From Acidobacteriota bacterium (GTDB lineage Bacteria; Acidobacteriota; UBA6911; RPQK01; JADFOI01), in contig OY760074.1 of NCBI GenBank assembly GCA_963663035.1, positions 2,560,001-2,624,000 on the forward strand: DNA of 64,000 nt, written 5' to 3'. Every line of letters begins with the position of its first letter. Positions within the stretch are counted from its first letter, which is position 1. Position numbers and translations under genes: made by a program. Below are positions 50,840-60,431 of the stretch, in pieces. Under the pieces are notes generated by a model that was not told the DNA's origin, did not search any database, and saw nothing but the letters and a program-made list of their open reading frames with translations.

Positions 50840-52137
50840 GCCCACAGACTTCTCACTGGATGTCGCAAGACCGACTCTCTGTTTGGCATCCTTATACTCA
50901 GATGCTCACCGCGCCAGATGCCATCGGTGTGGAACGGGCCGAAGGCGTGTATCTCTACACCTGTGACGGGCACCGCATCCTGGATGGCATCTCTTCCTGG
51001 TGGGTCAACATTCTGGGTCATAATCATCCCCGTTTGAATCGAGCCTTACAGGAGCAGGCAGCCCGATTCGCTCAGGTGATCTTTGCCGGCTTCACTCACG
51101 AACCTGCCGTTCGTCTGGCTGGAGAACTGATCCAACGAACACCGGAAAATCTTACCCGTGTCTTCTTCTCCGACAATGGTTCCACGGCAGTGGAGGTTGC
51201 GCTCAAGATGGCCTATCAGTCTTGGAGGAACCGGGGAGACCTCACCAGGAATCTCTTTGTGGCCTTTGAGCACGCCTACCACGGAGACACCTTCGGGGCG
51301 ATGGCGGTTGGGGGCGTCGAGGTCTTTCACTCACAATTCAGCGATCTCTTTTTTGAAGTCCGGCGAGCTAAAGTTCAGTCTGGCAGTCAGCCTGGTACGG
51401 AATGTGGTGAGGACCTTGAACAGATCCTGGAGAAGGAAGGACAGCGCGTGGCAGCGGTGATCATGGAACCCATGGTGCAGGCGGCCGGCGGTATGATCAT
51501 CTGGCCCGTTGAGTTTTTGCGTCATGTGCGAGAGGTGACCAGGCGCCACGGCATCCCCTTGATTGCCGATGAAGTGTTCACGGGCTTCGGCCGAACCGGA
51601 AAGATGTTTGCCTGCCAGCACGGTCCCATCGAGCCCGACATCCTGTGTCTCTCCAAAGCCATAACGGGTGGCTATCTGCCTCTTGCAGCCACCCTGGCCA
51701 GTGAAGATATCTATCAGACGTTTTTGAGCGAGGACCGTCGAAAAACGTTTTTCCACGGCCATTCTTACACCGGCAATGCTCTGGCTTGCGCCGTGGCCCT
51801 GGAGAGTCTTGCCGTGCTGGAGGAAACAAAGAGCCTGGATCGGGTCATGGAGCTGGAGGGGCTCTTCAGGGAGCGGCTGGAGCAGCTGCAATCTCTGCCC
51901 GTGGTGGAGCAAGTTCGTGGGATAGGAGCACTGGGGGTACTGGAACTGAAGCCCCAGAGGCAAAGTGGTTATCTGGACGAGCGGGGCCCGAGAATGGCAC
52001 AGGCCTTCCTGGAACGGGGGGTTCTCCTGCGTCCCCTGGGAAACGTTCTCTATTTTCTTCCTCCCTATGTCATCACTGATGAGGAAGCACATGGGGTTTT
52101 CGATGTGATTGAGGAAGTGCTAAACGCTGACCACTGA
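50836..52137 (+). CDS. bioA: Adenosylmethionine-8-amino-7-oxononanoate aminotransferase
   Basis: WHPYTQM, DGISSWW, DNGSTAVEVALKMA, YHGDT, SKAITGG, HGHSY. Confidence 0.96.
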   Translation: MSPQTSHWMSQDRLSVWHPYTQMLTAPDAIGVERAEGVYLYTCDGHRILDGISSWWVNILGHNHPRLNRALQEQAARFAQVIFAGFTHEPAVRLAGELIQRTPENLTRVFFSDNGSTAVEVALKMAYQSWRNRGDLTRNLFVAFEHAYHGDTFGAMAVGGVEVFHSQFSDLFFEVRRAKVQSGSQPGTECGEDLEQILEKEGQRVAAVIMEPMVQAAGGMIIWPVEFLRHVREVTRRHGIPLIADEVFTGFGRTGKMFACQHGPIEPDILCLSKAITGGYLPLAATLASEDIYQTFLSEDRRKTFFHGHSYTGNALACAVALESLAVLEETKSLDRVMELEGLFRERLEQLQSLPVVEQVRGIGALGVLELKPQRQSGYLDERGPRMAQAFLERGVLLRPLGNVLYFLPPYVITDEEAHGVFDVIEEVLNADH

Positions 52138-52180
52138 CCACTGACCGAAACCCTGACAACTGACAACTGACAACTGACAA
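52127..52180. repeat. CTGAC(C/A)A heptamer array
   Basis: About 7 units overlapping the bioA stop; related array at 54802-54833. Confidence 0.8.
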
Positions 52181-52253
52181 GAAGAGTCCTCTCTACGGGA
52201 AAATACAGATCTCCGCAAGAGTATAAAGCTCGCCCTTGACAAGCCTGGGAACG

Positions 52254-52312
52254 GTGCCCTTCCTCAGCTTAATGAAATTGATTTTCAATTTCATTAAGCT
52301 GAGGAAGGGCAC
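52254..52312. promoter_or_regulatory. Perfect 28-bp inverted repeat (3-nt loop) covering the RBS, with AT-rich Fur-box-like centre
   Basis: GTGCCCTTCCTCAGCTTAATGAAATTGA-ttt-TCAATTTCATTAAGCTGAGGAAGGGCAC then ATG. Confidence 0.8.
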
Positions 52313-54805
52313 ATGAAACCTGTGGAGGGCAGATGGGGTCTTTTCATCTTCTTTTTCCTGGCTCTTTCAGCAGTGGTGCTGCCGGCCCAACCCTCGGCCT
52401 CGGATGGCAGCGGTTCCCTTTCAGGGCGTATCGTTGACTCGAGAGGCGGAGTCATCCATCAAGTCACGGTTACATTGAGAGACCAGGAGACGGGCTTTGA
52501 GAGAAGCCTGAACACGGACCTTCTGGGCACTTTTCGATTTGAAACCTTACCCCCTGCTCTCTATTATCTGAGCACGGAAAAAGAGAACTTCCAGAGTGCC
52601 GTCCAAGAGATTTTCTTATCTCCTGACCAGAACCATGAGATTGATCTCACCCTTCAGATAGATTCAGAGCTGATCATTCATGAGCGGGTGATGGTGATCG
52701 GGGACGCCTCCCTGGTCAGTGAAATTCCCGGCTCCGCCCATTTAATTGCCCAGGAGACGTTAGAGAGGCAGAAACTGGCTTTCGACGACATTCATCAGAT
52801 CCTGCGACAAGTTCCCGGCGTCAATACTCAGGAAGAGGACGGCTATGGTCTGCGTCCCAATATCGGCATGCGGGGCACAGGCGCTGAGCGAAGCTCTAAA
52901 ATCACCCTCATGGAGGACGGGGTTCTCATTGCGCCCGCACCCTATGCCGCGCCTGCAGCCTACTACTTCCCTATCACGGGACGCATGGAAGCCATTGAAG
53001 TGCGCAAGGGTTCCAGTCAGATCAAGTATGGCCCCAGAACCAATGGTGGCACTCTCAATCTGATCTCCACCAGCATACCCCAGGACTTCAACTTGAGCGG
53101 TAATGTGGCCCTGGGGGTCGACAACACCCAAAAGCTTCATCTCAATCTGGGTGACTCCTACAAGCATTTCGCCTGGGTGGCAGAAACCTACCAGATTGTC
53201 ACCGACGGCTTTAAAAAGCTTGATGGGGGCGGCCATACGGGTTTTGACTTGGACGATTACCTGGCCAAATTCCGCTTCCAAAGCGACGGCAGCACCGGTA
53301 TCTATCAAGAACTGGAGATCAAGCTGGGCAAGACCCAACAACTCTCGGATGAGACCTATCTGGGCTTGACCGATGTCGATTTCGCAGAGAACCCCTTCCG
53401 GCGTTATCGCGGATCACAGCAAGACGTGTTTCGGTCAGACCACGAGCAGTACCAGGCCCGCTATTTTATTGTGCCAACCAGAAACGTGGATGTCACGACG
53501 GTCATATACCGGAACAACTTCCATCGCAACTGGTACAAACTGCAAAGCGTATCGGGAACGAGTATCAGCGAAATCCTCAATGACCCTGAGAGTTATGCGG
53601 CTCCATTAGCCATCGTTCAGGGTGCAAATAGCGATGCTGATGCACTGGCCGTGCGGGCCAACAACCGCGACTACTTTTCACAGGGAATTCAGACCGTCCT
53701 GGGGCTAGAACTTGACAGGGGTGAGACTCGAAACAGTTTTGAGCTTGGCTTTCGCTATCACAAGGATCAGGAAGACCGTTTTCAACATGAGGATGGGTTT
53801 CAAATGGTGAACGGCTCGATGGTCCTCACCTCTCAGGGAGCACCAGCCAGTCAAGCCAATCGCATCGGCGACGCCACAGCCTGGGCTCTCTTCATCCAAG
53901 ACAAAATTGAGCGAGGCAGATGGACTCTGAGTCCGGGTTTCAGATACGAAAACATCGATCTCCTGAGGACAGATTTTTCCACAGCTGATCCAGAGCGACT
54001 CACCCCCACCAGGAGTCGCAAAAATGGCGTTGAAGTCTTTATTCCCGGCCTCGGCGTCAAGTTCGACGTCACTCCAACCTTCGGCCTCTTCGGGGGACTC
54101 CATAAGGGCTTCTCCCCACCAGGTCCCGGTTCGAACGAAGATACGAAGGCAGAGGAAAGCCTCAACTATGAATTCGGGTTCCGTTTACACAGCCAACCTG
54201 TGAGCCTAGAGGTAGCTGGTTTCATCAACGATTATGCTAACTTGCTGGGTGCCGATACGTTGTCTGCCGGAGGCAGAGGAGAGGGTGCTCTCTTCAATGG
54301 TGGCGACGTCCAGGTCGCGGGACTGGAAGCATCCGGGTCCTTTGATCCGGGTCAGACTTTTCATTCGAGCTTCCGCTTTCCTGTGAGCTTCGCCTACACC
54401 TTCACCGAAGCGGAATTCAAGAATAGCTTTGAGTCTCAATTCGAACCCTGGGGCAATGTTGTGGCTGGAGATCAGATCCCCAATCTGCCCAGACACCAGC
54501 TTCAGGCAAGCTTTGGTTTGGAGAAGGCCCGCTGGCGCCTGAGTCTGGAGAGTCAGGCCGTCAGCCAGAAGCGCACCAAGGCCGGCCAGGGTCCGATTCC
54601 TGGGTTAGAAGCCACCGATGCCTATCTCGTTTTCAACCTTTCCGGTGAGTACGACTTGAATGCCGAGGAAAAGGGAGCCTCTCTCTTTCTCTCCGTTCGC
54701 AACCTGACGGACCAAGCCTACATCGTGGCACGGCGTCCCGCCGGTGCCCGTCCTGGGTTGCCGCGCACGGTGATGGGCGGCATCAGGTTCAAACTGGGAC
54801 GCTGA
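52313..54805 (+). CDS. TonB-dependent receptor, FecA-like (probable iron uptake)
   Basis: EEDGYGLRPNIGMRG, KITLMEDG, APAPYAAPAAYYFP, GARPGLPR. Confidence 0.88.
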   Translation: MKPVEGRWGLFIFFFLALSAVVLPAQPSASDGSGSLSGRIVDSRGGVIHQVTVTLRDQETGFERSLNTDLLGTFRFETLPPALYYLSTEKENFQSAVQEIFLSPDQNHEIDLTLQIDSELIIHERVMVIGDASLVSEIPGSAHLIAQETLERQKLAFDDIHQILRQVPGVNTQEEDGYGLRPNIGMRGTGAERSSKITLMEDGVLIAPAPYAAPAAYYFPITGRMEAIEVRKGSSQIKYGPRTNGGTLNLISTSIPQDFNLSGNVALGVDNTQKLHLNLGDSYKHFAWVAETYQIVTDGFKKLDGGGHTGFDLDDYLAKFRFQSDGSTGIYQELEIKLGKTQQLSDETYLGLTDVDFAENPFRRYRGSQQDVFRSDHEQYQARYFIVPTRNVDVTTVIYRNNFHRNWYKLQSVSGTSISEILNDPESYAAPLAIVQGANSDADALAVRANNRDYFSQGIQTVLGLELDRGETRNSFELGFRYHKDQEDRFQHEDGFQMVNGSMVLTSQGAPASQANRIGDATAWALFIQDKIERGRWTLSPGFRYENIDLLRTDFSTADPERLTPTRSRKNGVEVFIPGLGVKFDVTPTFGLFGGLHKGFSPPGPGSNEDTKAEESLNYEFGFRLHSQPVSLEVAGFINDYANLLGADTLSAGGRGEGALFNGGDVQVAGLEASGSFDPGQTFHSSFRFPVSFAYTFTEAEFKNSFESQFEPWGNVVAGDQIPNLPRHQLQASFGLEKARWRLSLESQAVSQKRTKAGQGPIPGLEATDAYLVFNLSGEYDLNAEEKGASLFLSVRNLTDQAYIVARRPAGARPGLPRTVMGGIRFKLGR

Positions 54806-54833
54806 CAAAACCCTGACAGCTGACCACTGACAA
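54802..54833. repeat. CTGAC heptamer array, second copy
   Basis: ctgacaaaaccctgacagctgaccactgacaa, overlapping the receptor stop. Confidence 0.7.
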
Positions 54834-54898
54834 GATTAGGAGTCGGAGCCGCAGGCTTCGGGCGCGCCCGTTTAGCCTGCGGGCCTCTCGCGCCCCTA

Positions 54899-55101
54899 CT
54901 AGCCCGCATTTCTCACACTAGGTCGTCGCGAAGCGGTGGAAGGGCCGGAAAACAGAGCCGTGGGCTTTGGCCCACGGGCCCGCAGGCTAAAGCCTGCGGG
55001 CCCGACTGACGCGCGAGGGGTACCCGCTTGCGGGTCGCGCAACACAGTCAGGTCGGATCATTGCGCCGATGCAGCAGACCGAGTGTGAGAAGTGCGGGCT
55101 A
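54899..55101. repeat. MITE-like copy D (variant TIRs, reversed core, nested hairpins)
   Basis: CTAGCCCGCATTTCTCACACT...AGTGTGAGAAGTGCGGGCTA; core GAGGGGTACCCGCTTGCGGGTCGC is the reverse complement of the copy B core. Confidence 0.75.
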
Positions 55102-55734
55102 TTCAGCGTTTATCCAGCCGGAGAACTCCAGCAGGTGTTCCTCCAGGGGCACCTTCAGCCCGCTGTGAATGGTATTGTACAATTTCCAGAATCCAACCAG
55201 GGCCGACAATTCCACAATCTGTGCAGGTGAGAGGAGCCGCTTGACGCGCTCGTAAACCTCATCCGGGATGGAGGTGGGATCCAGGGTCATGGCATCGGCG
55301 AAATCAAAGCAAGCTTTCTCGAACTCGTCTTGTCCACTCTGCTCATCGACCAGCAGGGAGTGAACATCCTCATCACTCAGACTCCACCCCTCGTTCTTCA
55401 TTTTGTTGTCTCCCTTCCGGCGCTGCAGGATGCCGCAGTGGTGACTCACACAATAGGTGGAGTTATTGAGTTTGCCCAGCCGTGTGGCAATCCGGCGTTT
55501 GAGACCTTGCGCCAGCGTGGAAGAGCCATCGCGCATGATGGCACTATTGAGATCCCACAGTGGTGCCGCAATCTGGGGACGATGGGCATACAGCTTGTTG
55601 CAGTTGGGAAGAAACCCCATGCGCTGAGAATAGCTTTGGGAACGCTTTTTCAACATGGGATCGAAGTCCTCCAGATCGACGTAGGGGATGACGGGCTCTT
55701 CTTCTCGGTGAACTTTGGGGGCCGGTTTGCTCAT
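55099..55734 (-). CDS. Carboxymuconolactone decarboxylase/AhpD-like protein
   Basis: YAHRP, NNSTYCVSHH, LSPAQIVEL...FWKLYN. Confidence 0.8.
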   Translation of the reverse strand: MSKPAPKVHREEEPVIPYVDLEDFDPMLKKRSQSYSQRMGFLPNCNKLYAHRPQIAAPLWDLNSAIMRDGSSTLAQGLKRRIATRLGKLNNSTYCVSHHCGILQRRKGDNKMKNEGWSLSDEDVHSLLVDEQSGQDEFEKACFDFADAMTLDPTSIPDEVYERVKRLLSPAQIVELSALVGFWKLYNTIHSGLKVPLEEHLLEFSGWINAE

Positions 55735-55748
55735 TTTTTCTCCTTCAT

Positions 55749-57191
55749 TCAGTTTTGAACCTCCAAAAGGCCTGTGGGAATAACCCCGTCAGGCGCCTCG
55801 AATGGGAGGCCCAGAAGTTCGGCAATCAGTGGGGCAATGTCTTCGAGTCCCATGCTGGGTACGACAGCCTGGGAGCGAAAGCCTGCTCCCCAGCCAACAA
55901 ATCCGGTGTGGATCTGGTGAAAATCGGGGTAATGTCCATGGGTTCCACCCGTCGCCGCTCTTATGGCGGGCCCTCTCGGTGAGGTAATGAAAGCGACGCC
56001 GGGAACAGCCGACAGGGACAAGGGCACGGTGGGATCGGAACCGATGCGATCACGCTCCTCTGGCTCAATGATCCGAAACAGACTCTGCACGTCGCCGGGC
56101 AACCCGGCCAATAGAGCGCGCACCTCGGAGACCGCTTCTCGATCTTCAGGATCGGCCAGGTGCAAAAAGACTGAGCCGCCATTCCTATGGAAAGTCGCTC
56201 GCCAATCCCCACGATCGCGCCGCGCCTCCATCAATCCCCCCTCAACCAGCCAGACATTGGGAGCCACCTCAGTATTGACGTCGACAAATCCATGATCGCC
56301 CATCACGATAAAAGCAGTACGGCCGTCGATGCCGGCTCGTTCGGCCGCTTCGACTATGTGGCTGACCGCTCGGTCGGCCGCGGCGACCGCCCGCTGGACA
56401 CTCGGACCTTGGCGTCCCGATTGATGCTGGTAATGGTCCACCGCAATCAGGTGAACGGTTAACAGGGCAGGACGATAGCGTTCCAACAAATGGCCGGCAA
56501 TGACACCAGTCCGATCTTCCCGAATCAGGCGATCCGCGAAGTCTGAGGCCGTCAGAGTTCCCGTCGCTTCCTGCTCAATCTCCGGAAAGAGATCAGCAGG
56601 CCTGCTCGCCGACCGGATCGCGGTCATAAGATCAACATCCTGTTCAACAGACCAAACTTCCGGAATATTCCAATCGATGGGGGCATCGACGCTGACAGGC
56701 CATCCGATACTGGCGCTTTTCAGGCCTGCCTGCCGCACCGCATCCCAGAGGGTGGGCACGCGGATGGCCGATTCGTACCAATGATACCGCCCGCTTTGCC
56801 CTTTGGGTTCAAAAGGGGTGTTGTAATAAATGCCATGCCGGCTGGGGAATGCACCGGTCACAATCGTCGTATGGGAGGGATAAGTCTCGGAAGGAAACAC
56901 TCCCCGAACTGCCGTTGCGTAAGCTCCCTCGCGAGCCATCTGCTGGATCATTGGGGCAGGCCAAGTCGTGTCCAGATAGAGTTCCGGTCGAAACCCGTCG
57001 ATCGAAATGAGAACAACATGATCTGGATAAACTTGATTCTGAGCGCCCGAACAGGCCAGTACGAGGACCAGAACCAGGACAACCACTGCAGTCCAAAGCA
57101 TCGAGACCCTGTTGTGAGAATGTGCGAGTCGCATGAGCATCCTAGCCAAAGTCTTCTGTTCCATCCGCCCGCGGTGGCACGAAGGTAGCAC
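55749..57191 (-). CDS. Alkaline phosphatase superfamily nucleotide pyrophosphatase/phosphodiesterase (lipoprotein)
   Basis: LISIDGFRP, FPSETYPSH, VDHYQH, GDHG, GTHG; lipobox LAC; true start probably downstream of 57191. Confidence 0.88.
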   Translation of the reverse strand: MLPSCHRGRMEQKTLARMLMRLAHSHNRVSMLWTAVVVLVLVLVLACSGAQNQVYPDHVVLISIDGFRPELYLDTTWPAPMIQQMAREGAYATAVRGVFPSETYPSHTTIVTGAFPSRHGIYYNTPFEPKGQSGRYHWYESAIRVPTLWDAVRQAGLKSASIGWPVSVDAPIDWNIPEVWSVEQDVDLMTAIRSASRPADLFPEIEQEATGTLTASDFADRLIREDRTGVIAGHLLERYRPALLTVHLIAVDHYQHQSGRQGPSVQRAVAAADRAVSHIVEAAERAGIDGRTAFIVMGDHGFVDVNTEVAPNVWLVEGGLMEARRDRGDWRATFHRNGGSVFLHLADPEDREAVSEVRALLAGLPGDVQSLFRIIEPEERDRIGSDPTVPLSLSAVPGVAFITSPRGPAIRAATGGTHGHYPDFHQIHTGFVGWGAGFRSQAVVPSMGLEDIAPLIAELLGLPFEAPDGVIPTGLLEVQN

Positions 57192-57328
57192 ACCCGGTAG
57201 TTGGTGTACAGGTACGAGAGTTCGGGGACAGGTCCCGAACTTTCCTAAGAATTCGCTTGTCGTCTTCTCAGGTTCTCTGCAATAATGGCGCGGAATTGCT
57301 TGCCCCTACAAATTAACAGGAGCTTTGG

Positions 57329-58465
57329 GTGATCGAACCGTACACCGCTTTATGCATCCAGAACACCAACTTCTGTGTGCGTAATAAGAAAGATCTTCAG
57401 AAGAATCTGGACCTCATCTGTGAGGTCATCGACCACTCTCACTACACCAGGATAGAGTACCCCGTCAGATTAATTACCATCCCTGAAGCGGGCATTCAAT
57501 CGTTCGTCGATTCCCAGATGGACTGGGAGCACAAAGAAGTTGCCAAGGGCCTGTTCAATACGACAGTTCCTGGACCTGAAACCGACGTCCTGGCTGCTAA
57601 AGCGAAGGAGCGAGGAGCCTACATCTGCGGTCAATTGAGGGCTCTTGAACCCGAGATAAGCGACGATCTTTACTTCAACATCGGCTTTGTCATTGATCCA
57701 AAGGGCGAGGTCATCTTAAAGCACCACAAGCTTCAAGTCTTCGCTCCGGAACGTTCATGTGTCCCCCACGATATCTGGGATAAGTGGGTCGAGAAGTATG
57801 GAACCGGTCTGGACGCTTTTTATCCGGTGGCTCGCACCGAGATCGGGAACATCGGCGTAAATATCTGTATGGAAACCAGCTACCCGGAGACATCGCGGGG
57901 TCTGGCCGTTAACGGGGCCGAAATCATTTACGCTCCCACCTACATTGAGCCTTACTACAGTCGAGGCTGGCACGAACTGCAGCTGCGGGCTCGTGGCCTG
58001 GACAATAGTTGTTATGTGGTGGCGCCCAACAGCGGCGATTGGTACATGACCCCTGAATCCAAGGTTCCTACGGCCATCCATGGCGGTAACAGTTTGATCA
58101 TTGACTACCAGGGACAGGTCCTCACCCGGACCACCACTCACGGGACAAGCTATTGCAGTGCAATTATTGATGTTGAGGCCCTCAGGTATTGGCGGGAAAC
58201 CACCATGTTCGGGAGTTGGCTGAAGGATCTTCGCACGGAGCAGTACAAGATCATTTATGAAGAGCCTATCTTCCCAAAGAATCTCTGGCTGGACCCACCG
58301 CCGGGTTACGGCAAGACGGCTGGCCGCATGGCTGTGCTGCGCGAAAGCGTCGAGACACTGCTCAAAAGGGGCACTTACGTTCCCAGCCTCTATGCAGAAC
58401 TGAAGAAGGAGAAAGAAAAGAAAGCAACAGAGACAGTCGGGGCTGGCAAAACTGACTCCCAGTAG
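57329..58465 (+). CDS. Nitrilase-related carbon-nitrogen hydrolase
   Basis: Glu-Lys-Cys triad: IPEA, HHKL, NICME. Confidence 0.88.
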   Translation: MIEPYTALCIQNTNFCVRNKKDLQKNLDLICEVIDHSHYTRIEYPVRLITIPEAGIQSFVDSQMDWEHKEVAKGLFNTTVPGPETDVLAAKAKERGAYICGQLRALEPEISDDLYFNIGFVIDPKGEVILKHHKLQVFAPERSCVPHDIWDKWVEKYGTGLDAFYPVARTEIGNIGVNICMETSYPETSRGLAVNGAEIIYAPTYIEPYYSRGWHELQLRARGLDNSCYVVAPNSGDWYMTPESKVPTAIHGGNSLIIDYQGQVLTRTTTHGTSYCSAIIDVEALRYWRETTMFGSWLKDLRTEQYKIIYEEPIFPKNLWLDPPPGYGKTAGRMAVLRESVETLLKRGTYVPSLYAELKKEKEKKATETVGAGKTDSQ

Positions 58466-58506
58466 CCTTCCCCCAGCTGTTAATGAAGAGGAGGTAACTG
58501 ACTATT

Positions 58507-58833
58507 ATGGCATGGAACGAAGACTGGCTCAAAGCGAATCGACCACCCGCATCTGAGCACCCCAAGAAATACACCCTCTGGCCGCGGGGGCCAGCCCGAG
58601 TGGTCCTCTCTTATTTCATCATCATTATCCTTCTGGATTTCTTTGTTTTGACGATCTTTGGCGGGCAACCCACTGTCATTGGCGGCTTTCCCCTGCTGAT
58701 CTGGATCACGGTAATTTTTTCTTTACTGACGATTGCTGGGATACTCGGATTCAGTTCCCAGAAAGAGGATCAAGGCACACCACCTGTGGAAACTCCACAG
58801 ATTGAAGACGATGAGTCAAGGAGCGACCAATGA
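58507..58833 (+). CDS. Small 2-TM partner of a solute symporter
   Basis: Two TMs, IGGFPLLIW; overlaps the SSS start. Confidence 0.7.
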   Translation: MAWNEDWLKANRPPASEHPKKYTLWPRGPARVVLSYFIIIILLDFFVLTIFGGQPTVIGGFPLLIWITVIFSLLTIAGILGFSSQKEDQGTPPVETPQIEDDESRSDQ

Positions 58834-60353
58834 GACTATTTCCTCCTGAGATTAGCGAACTTGTTCAGTCCAACTACGCGCTGATTCTCGCGACTCTGGC
58901 TGGATACTTTATCATTTTTTGTGTGATTTCCTGGGCGGCCAAGCGAAGACTGGCCAAAGATGTAGGCGACTACGTGGTGGCCTCCCGGAATCTGGGATGG
59001 GTGATTGTAACCTTCACCATGTATGCATCAGTTTTAAGTGGGGTGGGAATGGCCGGAATTCCCGGCACCATCTACATAGTTGGTGCACCGTTTGTGGTGG
59101 CGGCGCTAACAGGAATTACGGTCTCAACAGCCCTCCTGTGGTACCTCGGCCCCCGCATCTGGGTACTGGGAAAGGAATATAACTACACCACTCCGGGTGA
59201 TCTTCTGGGAGAATATTACCAAAGCGATCTGGTTCGACTTTACACGGTCATCGCCAGCGTGCTTTACAACATCGCCTATATTGTGGCCCAGCTTCTGGCG
59301 GGAGGGATCCTGCTGAATGTCCTTTCCGGGAATTTCATTTCCTTCTCAGTGGGGATCTGGATTATCACCATTGTGGTGATCATTCATGTGGCTCTGGCAG
59401 GCTTGCGCGGTATTGCCTGGTTAGATTTTTTCAATGGCATGTTGATTGTCGTTTTGCTCGTTCTATTCGGCGTGGGCATCATGATTGCTGCCGGGGGACC
59501 TGGCGGCGTGCTGGCCGGGCTGGGTGAGATACGAAACAGGTTCATCAGCATGCCCGGGATGGTTGGTATTTTTACTTCTACCCGCATCTACGGTATCGCC
59601 ATTGGTCTCAGTATCGGAGCAATCGTACTCTCTCCATCAGCCTGGATCCGCATGTACTCAGCCCGCAGTAAATCACACTTTGCCAAGATCGGCGTGTTGA
59701 TGCTGGTGCTGTGGATCATTTCACACGTGTTTGGGACTTTCCTCATCGGTGCTTACGGTAAAGTGCTGTACCCCACCGTGGAAAACCCAGACTTCGTCTC
59801 TTCACTCCTGGCCTTCGGGGTTCTGCCCATCTTTCTTGCGACTCTGTTCTTGATTGCAGTTCTGGCCGCCATCATTTCCACCACCGATACCTATATTCAT
59901 ACTCTGACGGCCACTGTCGTTCGAGATTTTATCAAGGCTCTTTTTGTGCCAAAGATGGAAGATGCTCAAGAGTTTAAACTCAATCGTGTCATCACCATTG
60001 GGGCGGCGGCCGTTTGTGTTTTGCTGGCCTTATCGAATCCTGTTCTCATCACCCCTCTGGCCATCTTTGCAGGTGGGATTACGGTGCAGCTTCTCCCTCC
60101 GCTGTTGGGCGCCGTGACATGGTCCCGTGCCTCTACCGAAGCGGCCATCATCGCTCCTGCCGTCGGCATGGCACTGACCTTGGGATGGGAGCTGGGCTTT
60201 ATCCCGAATCCGGTTGGGCCTGCTGTACTGCCCGGGCTGGCGACTGCATTTTTCATCAATGTCTTCCTTTTTATTGTGATCTCGCTGCTCACCAAACCTC
60301 AATCCCCTGACATCGTTGAAAAGTTCCACGGATTGCTGGCTAGAGAACTGTAA
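58830..60353 (+). CDS. Sodium:solute symporter family transporter
   Basis: DYVVASRNLG, YTTPGDLL, AAIISTTD, about 13 TMs. Confidence 0.92.
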   Translation: MRLFPPEISELVQSNYALILATLAGYFIIFCVISWAAKRRLAKDVGDYVVASRNLGWVIVTFTMYASVLSGVGMAGIPGTIYIVGAPFVVAALTGITVSTALLWYLGPRIWVLGKEYNYTTPGDLLGEYYQSDLVRLYTVIASVLYNIAYIVAQLLAGGILLNVLSGNFISFSVGIWIITIVVIIHVALAGLRGIAWLDFFNGMLIVVLLVLFGVGIMIAAGGPGGVLAGLGEIRNRFISMPGMVGIFTSTRIYGIAIGLSIGAIVLSPSAWIRMYSARSKSHFAKIGVLMLVLWIISHVFGTFLIGAYGKVLYPTVENPDFVSSLLAFGVLPIFLATLFLIAVLAAIISTTDTYIHTLTATVVRDFIKALFVPKMEDAQEFKLNRVITIGAAAVCVLLALSNPVLITPLAIFAGGITVQLLPPLLGAVTWSRASTEAAIIAPAVGMALTLGWELGFIPNPVGPAVLPGLATAFFINVFLFIVISLLTKPQSPDIVEKFHGLLAREL

Positions 60354-60360
60354 CGAGGTA

Positions 60361-60390
60361 TGTAGGGGCGCACAGACGTGCGCCCCTACA
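60361..60390. repeat. GTAG-type REP-like palindrome
   Basis: TGTAGGGGCGCAC-agac-GTGCGCCCCTACA between convergent genes; related gcgcccctac at ~54890. Confidence 0.7.
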
Positions 60391-60431
60391 CTAAGAAACC
60401 TGGGTCAGCCGTCTCCTCTTGAGACTTACCC

